In this document: positions 58,807-64,000 of the stretch, in pieces
How the letters are laid out: each line of letters begins with the position of its first letter
Position numbering within the stretch: the stretch's first letter is position 1
Origin: Patescibacteria group bacterium
GTDB taxonomy: Bacteria; Patescibacteriota; UBA1384; UBA12157; JAENIV01
DNA length: 64,000 nucleotides
NCBI GenBank assembly: GCA_041666185.1
Contig: JBAYHL010000001.1
Span: 69,073-133,072, forward strand
Direction: 5' to 3'
Translations under genes and position numbers: made by a program
The notes under the pieces: generated by a model
What the model saw: the letters and a program-made list of their open reading frames with translations, nothing else
Databases searched by the model: none
Told to the model about the DNA's origin: nothing

Positions 58807-60399
58807 TTCCAAACGAAGAAGCCGTAAAGCTTCTTTTTTGGTATCATTTAAACCAGTTGTTACCCCTGCTAACACTGGTTCCAACCTTTTATATTTGGCT
58901 TCTACCGCTGGATAACGATTAATGATGGGAATCAGCCATTCATTAGGTTTAATATCCAATAATCCGTCTTTTAGCACAAAGTTCCAACCTAAAGCTGAGA
59001 AGATCTCTTTCTTTTGCTGAATATCCCCTATTTCAAAGGCTTTCAAGGCATATGTTACAAAATCAAAGAATCTCTCCCCTAACTCCATCCATTTCTCTGC
59101 TCTGTGGTCAGTATCCTTAAGTTCTTCCTGTAATTTAGCTTTTTTTGCTATCAATTCCTGTTTATTTTGAATATATTCGTCGTCATCTATTAATGATCGC
59201 AATTTCATTTTAAGTAGGTTATCGAGTTCAGTCTGAGTATTATTGATAGCTTTTTGTTGTGATTGATAGATCTTATTTCGATCACCAATTTCTTGATTGC
59301 TCCGACGATTCACAACCGATAGTGCCCAATCTCGAAAAACTGGCATTATTTTTATCCTACTAATCTCTCTTTCAATTTGTGTTTCGAGATTATCCTTGGT
59401 TATATACCCTTGCGAACACCATTTTTTCTTATGAGTGCAATGATAATAAGTAAAACTCTTCAATCGATTAGTACTTTTTATAAGTTTTGTTTTCATCTCG
59501 GCAGTGATTAGACAACCACACTCACCGCAACGGATCTGACCAGTAAAAGGAAAATAGTGCGTTTTGGGTCTTGGTTTGCCTTTTCTACCAAGTAATATTT
59601 GCACTTGATCAAATTCATCAAGAGTTACCATCGCTTCATGCTTCCCGGGATATTCTACCCCTTTATGTAAGATTACGCCTGAATAAAAGGGGTTGGTAAA
59701 CATTGCATAGATTGAACTCCGTGCCAAAGGACCACCGCCCCTTTTTCGCCTTTTTAAAGTAGTAAAACCCCACTGGTTGTTAGCTATATCAAGAATTATT
59801 GGTGGGGTGTAGTTGCCTGTCAGCATTAAATCCCACATTTTTCTAACTAAATCAAATCTTTTCGGATCTTTTATGATTGTATGTTCTGCAGTTTCAATAT
59901 TTACAAAATTTAAATAACCATTGGGTGCTTCTGAAGGCAACCAACCCATACTTAGCTTCTTCTCTAGTCCTCTTTTAACATCAGTTCCGAGTTTAGCTGA
60001 ATAATATTGGCCTTGCGAGAGTACCATTTGCAACATCAAAATACCAGACGCATCATTAATAAAACTATATGAACCGAATTTTAGATCTTTTATAACGCCA
60101 GTTCTTAAGGCATAAGTAATATTGGCAGCGTCTATCTCGTTTCTTGAAAGCCTATCGGGATGCCAAGAGATTATTCCATGAGCTTCGCCTTTTTCGATTC
60201 TTTCCATCATTTTTTGAAATAAAGGCCGATTATATGGCTTGAAAGCACTATGACTTTCTTCGAAATAGTCAACTATCGTCAACTCACCAAAGTATTCTTT
60301 GATTTTATCTTTTTGAGCGGGGATAGAAAGGGCTTGTCGCTCTTCACCTTCGCTGGATTTTCTCAAATAAGCAAAATATTTAATCTTTTCCATATTCAT
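58765..60399 (-). CDS. Large serine recombinase (resolvase catalytic domain, recombinase domain and zinc ribbon); 3' end overlaps the tRNA-Asp 3' half
   Basis: YLRKSSEGE...SIPAQ catalytic-Ser context and a CGECGC zinc ribbon. The last about 14 codons translate the tRNA complement. Confidence 0.8.
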   Translation of the reverse strand: MNMEKIKYFAYLRKSSEGEERQALSIPAQKDKIKEYFGELTIVDYFEESHSAFKPYNRPLFQKMMERIEKGEAHGIISWHPDRLSRNEIDAANITYALRTGVIKDLKFGSYSFINDASGILMLQMVLSQGQYYSAKLGTDVKRGLEKKLSMGWLPSEAPNGYLNFVNIETAEHTIIKDPKRFDLVRKMWDLMLTGNYTPPIILDIANNQWGFTTLKRRKRGGGPLARSSIYAMFTNPFYSGVILHKGVEYPGKHEAMVTLDEFDQVQILLGRKGKPRPKTHYFPFTGQIRCGECGCLITAEMKTKLIKSTNRLKSFTYYHCTHKKKWCSQGYITKDNLETQIEREISRIKIMPVFRDWALSVVNRRSNQEIGDRNKIYQSQQKAINNTQTELDNLLKMKLRSLIDDDEYIQNKQELIAKKAKLQEELKDTDHRAEKWMELGERFFDFVTYALKAFEIGDIQQKKEIFSALGWNFVLKDGLLDIKPNEWLIPIINRYPAVEAKYKRLEPVLAGVTTGLNDTKKEALRLLRLEWRARPDSNRRSPP

Positions 60400-60441
60400 A
60401 CCTCCTTCGGAGGGTATATTACACCTGTTACATCTTAAATA

Positions 60442-60633
60442 TCAAGGTTTCAATTCTTTTCGCCTCTTTTGAACCGTTTTATATTCTTCAATAGTCATGG
60501 GCTTATAAATAATTTCAAACAAACGAACCAGTTTCGTACCCCGTTCTCTTGCATCTTCTTGGCTAATTTCTTTACCAAACTGTTGCCGATAAATCGCCTG
60601 AAATTGTGTTATTTCGTCGTCTGTTAAAAACAT
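60442..60633 (-). CDS. Small hypothetical protein (63 aa)
   Basis: ORF only. Confidence 0.35.
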   Translation of the reverse strand: MFLTDDEITQFQAIYRQQFGKEISQEDARERGTKLVRLFEIIYKPMTIEEYKTVQKRRKELKP

Positions 60634-60638
60634 TGTCG

Positions 60639-60950
60639 TTAATACCCATTAATTTTTGATAACTTATCTTTTGTGTTTTCTGTTTTTCCATAGCCTCGAC
60701 TTTTACCAAATGTTTTAAGATAATAAATTATTGATCTCGCGTCTCCAGCTTTGATAGCATTGATTAAATAGTATTCTGCTATATCCAAAGTAGTTTCACG
60801 CACCTCTACCAGTAAATCTTCCAAATGATATCTTTTTATAGCCCGATAGACGCTTTTCCTCGAAACACCCAGTCCGTTAGCAACATGAGTAATCAAACCT
60901 AATTTGTTTTTTATTGCTATTTCTAGCAGTTCTTTCTTAATTCTTCCCAT
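60639..60950 (-). CDS. Helix-turn-helix DNA-binding protein
   Basis: HVANGLGVSRKSVYRAIKR forms an HTH. Confidence 0.5.
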   Translation of the reverse strand: MGRIKKELLEIAIKNKLGLITHVANGLGVSRKSVYRAIKRYHLEDLLVEVRETTLDIAEYYLINAIKAGDARSIIYYLKTFGKSRGYGKTENTKDKLSKINGY

Positions 60951-61216
60951 TTCATACCTTCAAATTGCGTGACCTTTGTGGACTTTACACCTTATCGCTT
61001 ATTAATAATTTGAATATTTTTACCTACATTCCTTGCCATTTTCCCGTTATCGCCCACCATTTGTGCTACATTTTGATCAATTTTTATATCATTTTGTTAA
61101 CATTCCGGCTTTATGAAGACACCGTAGATAGCTATATATAAATAACTTGTTAGAAGATAACTAGATTAGCTACTAACTAACTTAGCTATTAGATAGATTA
61201 GATAATAGCTATATAG

Positions 61217-61525
61217 CTATGGCTTTATATCATCTAAATTAATATCTTCATCCTCTATGGAGTTTTTCCTTTTTTCATATTCCTCAAGAGTCAGTCTAGC
61301 AAGTTTATCTTCTAAAACTGAATCTAATATTTTTATTGGTGCAACCCATGCTTGACCACACTTGAATTTAGGCACTTGCACCCAAAGACCACCATTTTTG
61401 CTAATTGAAACTCGCCCCCATTTCAATTCAGCTTTTTCAAAAATCCAAACAACCCTTGCTAAAGTGTTCCCCTTATTAACTAAATCGATTTCAATCGAGG
61501 TTAATTCACCCAAATTCAGTTCCAT
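61217..61525 (-). CDS. Hypothetical protein (102 aa)
   Basis: ORF only. Confidence 0.35.
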   Translation of the reverse strand: MELNLGELTSIEIDLVNKGNTLARVVWIFEKAELKWGRVSISKNGGLWVQVPKFKCGQAWVAPIKILDSVLEDKLARLTLEEYEKRKNSIEDEDINLDDIKP

Positions 61526-61538
61526 CTACATCTCCATT

Positions 61539-61769
61539 CTATTTTTCGCTAAATATCCTATCTTTTAAGTCTTGAACTTTGTTAACATAGGATTTCACTT
61601 TTGTTATCGCTTGATTCTGCCAATAAGCGTTTGTGAGTTCGTTGAGATCCTTAGTTTCTTTAAAAACGAACCAAAATTTATGCCCATCGTTGTCCATTCG
61701 AATTAAGTTTTGGTTTTCGTTTAGAAGAAATGCACACAGGTAGAGATCCTTTAGTTTGATTTCGTTCAT
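61539..61769 (-). CDS. Hypothetical protein (76 aa)
   Basis: ORF only. Confidence 0.35.
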   Translation of the reverse strand: MNEIKLKDLYLCAFLLNENQNLIRMDNDGHKFWFVFKETKDLNELTNAYWQNQAITKVKSYVNKVQDLKDRIFSEK

Positions 61770-61815
61770 TTTTGATCCTTTCTACATATCATCTTTGATA
61801 TAATAATTTTTAGGT

Positions 61816-62064
61816 TTAATACTTTTTAGGTTCAACATCATCGGTAGAAAATACAGAAGCCCTAAATCTTTGAGGAATCGGCTTGCCAAAGAAAACCGAC
61901 TTTGGACGAATCTCATAAAAAGGGCATTTGGGCATTTGACAATCCCAACCTCCGCCATGACGATTTTGACCTTCGCAATCAAAACATTTGAACTCAATTC
62001 GTTCATGAAAATCATTAATTTTTGATTGCAATTCTTTTATTTTTTTGCTTTGAAGTTTGCTCAT
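61816..62064 (-). CDS. Small Cys-rich zinc-ribbon protein
   Basis: CFDCEG...CQMPKCP. Confidence 0.4.
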   Translation of the reverse strand: MSKLQSKKIKELQSKINDFHERIEFKCFDCEGQNRHGGGWDCQMPKCPFYEIRPKSVFFGKPIPQRFRASVFSTDDVEPKKY

Positions 62065-62178
62065 ATGATTTCAGTAGGGATATACGACGAATTCTTGTCA
62101 AGACCCTGCGACATAAAAAAGAGACCTGTAAATTTACAAATCTCTTTTCTAATTTATTTTTTCGTCGTATTTTTCTTG

Positions 62179-62874
62179 TTAAGGCATTTTTAGCATAAAC
62201 TCATAGCCTTTGCTCGAACGATCAAAATTAGACAACTCAATATAACCATCCCAATCTTTCGGGACTATTTTTTTCCAATTACCTTTAGTATCATCAATCC
62301 ATTTTACATAAACTGTTTTCTCGAACAACTTGAATATCATTTTCACAACATCCTCTCGTGTAAAACTCGCTTTGAGCCATTTACCTTCTCTAACACCCTC
62401 TCGTTTTAATAACGCGACGATAGCTCTCATAAAATGATAGCAATCTGTCCCTCTTGTATTGGATGGCGAGAAATTTATTGCCTTTGGATCACCACCTGGC
62501 ACTTTTAATTTAAATGTTAAATCATCAAACCAAAAATCTCTTTCATCTTCAGGATTACAATCTTTCCTTTTAGTAATTAATTTGTAATAGTTTTCAAAAG
62601 CCGATTCGTCAATTATCTCAACTGTAGCATTAGCAAAGTTGTTAGAATTAGGAAGTCTTTTTATAAAACCTTTTTCGCATAAATAGTTAATAATTTCCAG
62701 TGTGTCGCCTACTCCGCATATGTCATCTACGGAAAATGGTACAAATGATAAAGTTCGACTACCATCCAAAGTAATTTCACTTTTTATCTTTCGTATGATG
62801 TTAATTACTGCATTTGTTTTATATTCTCTGTTCGCCAAAAAAGGATCATCCATATCAATCTCCATCTCTGCCAA
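62179..62874 (-). CDS. Hypothetical protein (231 aa)
   Basis: ORF only. Confidence 0.4.
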   Translation of the reverse strand: MAEMEIDMDDPFLANREYKTNAVINIIRKIKSEITLDGSRTLSFVPFSVDDICGVGDTLEIINYLCEKGFIKRLPNSNNFANATVEIIDESAFENYYKLITKRKDCNPEDERDFWFDDLTFKLKVPGGDPKAINFSPSNTRGTDCYHFMRAIVALLKREGVREGKWLKASFTREDVVKMIFKLFEKTVYVKWIDDTKGNWKKIVPKDWDGYIELSNFDRSSKGYEFMLKMP

Positions 62875-62949
62875 TCATAACACGAAAAACTTGAAATTTT
62901 ACTCTGGGTGGCATAGAATTAAACTATAAATTAGAATTAGCACATTATT

Positions 62950-63095
62950 AAACCGCCTAAACCCGTAAGGGCATGGCAACCAAAAATCCTACAGTGATAT
63001 AAACGGTCTTTCGACCGCACTTATTCACTGTAGGTTCATACCCGAAAGGGTGTGGGACAGTTCCGAAAGGAATTGTCGTGGTTCGAAAGACCATT
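62950..63095 (+). ncRNA. Candidate structured cis-regulatory RNA (multiple GNRA-capped hairpins, alternative terminator/antiterminator pairing, U-tract)
   Basis: Hairpins: CCCGTAAGGG; the pair CCTACAGTGA...TCACTGTAGG enclosing GGTCTTTCGACC; ACCCGAAAGGGT; TTCCGAAAGGAA; TGGTTCGAAAGACCA followed by TTTTTG. The segment at 62996-63007 can alternatively pair with 63071-63083. Confidence 0.4.
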
Positions 63096-63113
63096 TTTGT
63101 ATTTAAAAAAAGG

Positions 63114-63248
63114 GAAATAATCATGAGTGAAAATAAAGATTCAAATAAAGTCTATGGTGATGATTCAAATTGGTGGTGCAGTTGTATCATAGGAGTTGTT
63201 GGAATAATTATAAGCCTATATATTTTGCGTTGGATAGTACATTTTTTA
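63114..63248 (+). CDS. 44-aa hydrophobic peptide (MSENKDSNKVYGDDSNWWCSCIIGVVGIIISLYILRWIVHFLIY), possible small membrane toxin/holin-like peptide
   Basis: RBS AAAGGGAAATAATC-ATG with a single TM helix. It lies immediately downstream of the structured RNA and terminator. Confidence 0.35.
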
Positions 63249-63267
63249 ATTTATTGAGAAGTGGATC

Positions 63268-63915
63268 ATGCTTAAAAAAATATCTATTTCCTTATTAACC
63301 ATCGTTATCTTATTAACAACTGGATTTTTTATTTATCGCCATTTTGATAATAAAAAGGTTGAGGGCATTCAAGATGCGAACTCAAAAATTATCGGAATCC
63401 CAATAGAATCAAAAAATAAACCCAGCCCTCTCAAGAGTTCGAGCCAAAGCCCTAATCAAAACAATTTAGTTTCTGAAAATAAAAATCAAAATAATACCTC
63501 AAATTCCACACCGTCCTCTACTGCATCAGAGACTAATGATTCTGACAATGATTTTACAGTTCCAAACTACCCAATACCGAGTTATAGCGATGACTATACA
63601 AATTCTTTAATTAATCGAGCCCAAGAAGAAGCTCAAAAATCACATGAGTCCCTACAAAAAGCCGAAGATTGCTTTGCTTTTCAAGCGCAAAAAGATGCCG
63701 AATTTCTTCCACTTAAGCAAGCCATTAGTGAACTTTGGAACCAATACTACAATGCAGACAAGATTGTTGCTGAAAGAACACGAGGCACGGATGTTAATGA
63801 GTCGCAAAGACTTCGATTAGTTGAAGCAGAAAAACAAAAAATAAAAGCCGACATAGATCAATTCCAAGCTGAATATAACAGACTATATTCAAATTACGGA
63901 GAATGCAATTATTAA
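63268..63915 (+). CDS. Secreted/anchored hypothetical protein with Asn/Ser-rich linker and coiled-coil C-terminus
   Basis: Signal anchor followed by low-complexity sequence. Confidence 0.45.
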   Translation: MLKKISISLLTIVILLTTGFFIYRHFDNKKVEGIQDANSKIIGIPIESKNKPSPLKSSSQSPNQNNLVSENKNQNNTSNSTPSSTASETNDSDNDFTVPNYPIPSYSDDYTNSLINRAQEEAQKSHESLQKAEDCFAFQAQKDAEFLPLKQAISELWNQYYNADKIVAERTRGTDVNESQRLRLVEAEKQKIKADIDQFQAEYNRLYSNYGECNY

Positions 63916-64000
63916 TTCTTAATTGAAAAAGGAAATGGCAAATAAAAATAAAGATTTCAAATGTCTTTGTGAAAATCCAGATTGTGCTAAATGCCTTTCT

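Overview
The window is a low-GC (about one third GC) bacterial fragment. Several features fit a reduced-genome, CPR/Patescibacteria-like organism, but that placement is inference: leaderless or short-leader genes, a short pyruvate kinase, type IV pilin-like proteins and DUF-rich surface proteins. I call about 70 CDS and 10 tRNAs (Glu, Lys, Arg-TCT, His, Arg-TCG, Gly-TCC, Pro, Thr, Gly-CCC, Asp).

Housekeeping genes I recognise include RNase Y, TypA/BipA, a cyclophilin PPIase, a DEAD-box helicase, pyruvate kinase, NDK, a P-type ATPase and an ABC transporter. There is an ArsR / thioredoxin-like / ArsP-like operon, a sigma-70 family factor, a secreted metalloprotease plus ZIP transporter cluster, and a cell-surface glycan cluster (GH5-like anchored protein, GT-C and GT2 glycosyltransferases, a clan-A glycoside hydrolase).

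The most notable region is about 5.0-13.1 kb. It holds a diversity-generating retroelement (DGR): a template repeat at 11428-11552 and two variable repeats at 9655-9780 and 10728-10851 that differ from the template almost only at template adenines. The accessory protein Avd and a DGR-type reverse transcriptase (PLGNLTSQ signature) lie downstream, and both variable repeats are followed by GC hairpins. The two variable target domains are C-type-lectin/FGE-like. One is fused to the C-terminus of a MoxR-type AAA+ ATPase, and this sits directly downstream of a vWA protein that carries an N-terminal HExxH metallopeptidase-like domain. The reverse transcriptase is split by a 39-nt (GA)n microsatellite and a frame break. 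Avd is inverted and overlaps the 5' end of the reverse transcriptase gene.

Other points worth a second look:
- A roughly 2.3-kb higher-GC cassette (about 2.6-5.0 kb) is bounded by 33-bp direct repeats. It encodes an SDR (FabG-like) reductase and an ACP-like protein whose phosphopantetheine-attachment serine is replaced by Gln.
- At the left end are a conjugative coupling-protein fragment, a replication-relaxation gene and a perfect 14-bp hairpin between them.
- A dispersed palindromic repeat family (CCGCGGAAATTTCTGAC[C]G[G]AATTATA) occurs at three or more loci.
- The tRNA-Glu locus carries 49-bp direct repeats and a fragmented tRNA copy.
- A large serine recombinase overlaps the 3' end of tRNA-Asp and begins a probable integrated element (58.8 kb to the window end). 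That element contains a GNRA-rich structured RNA candidate with terminator/antiterminator alternatives upstream of a 44-aa hydrophobic peptide.
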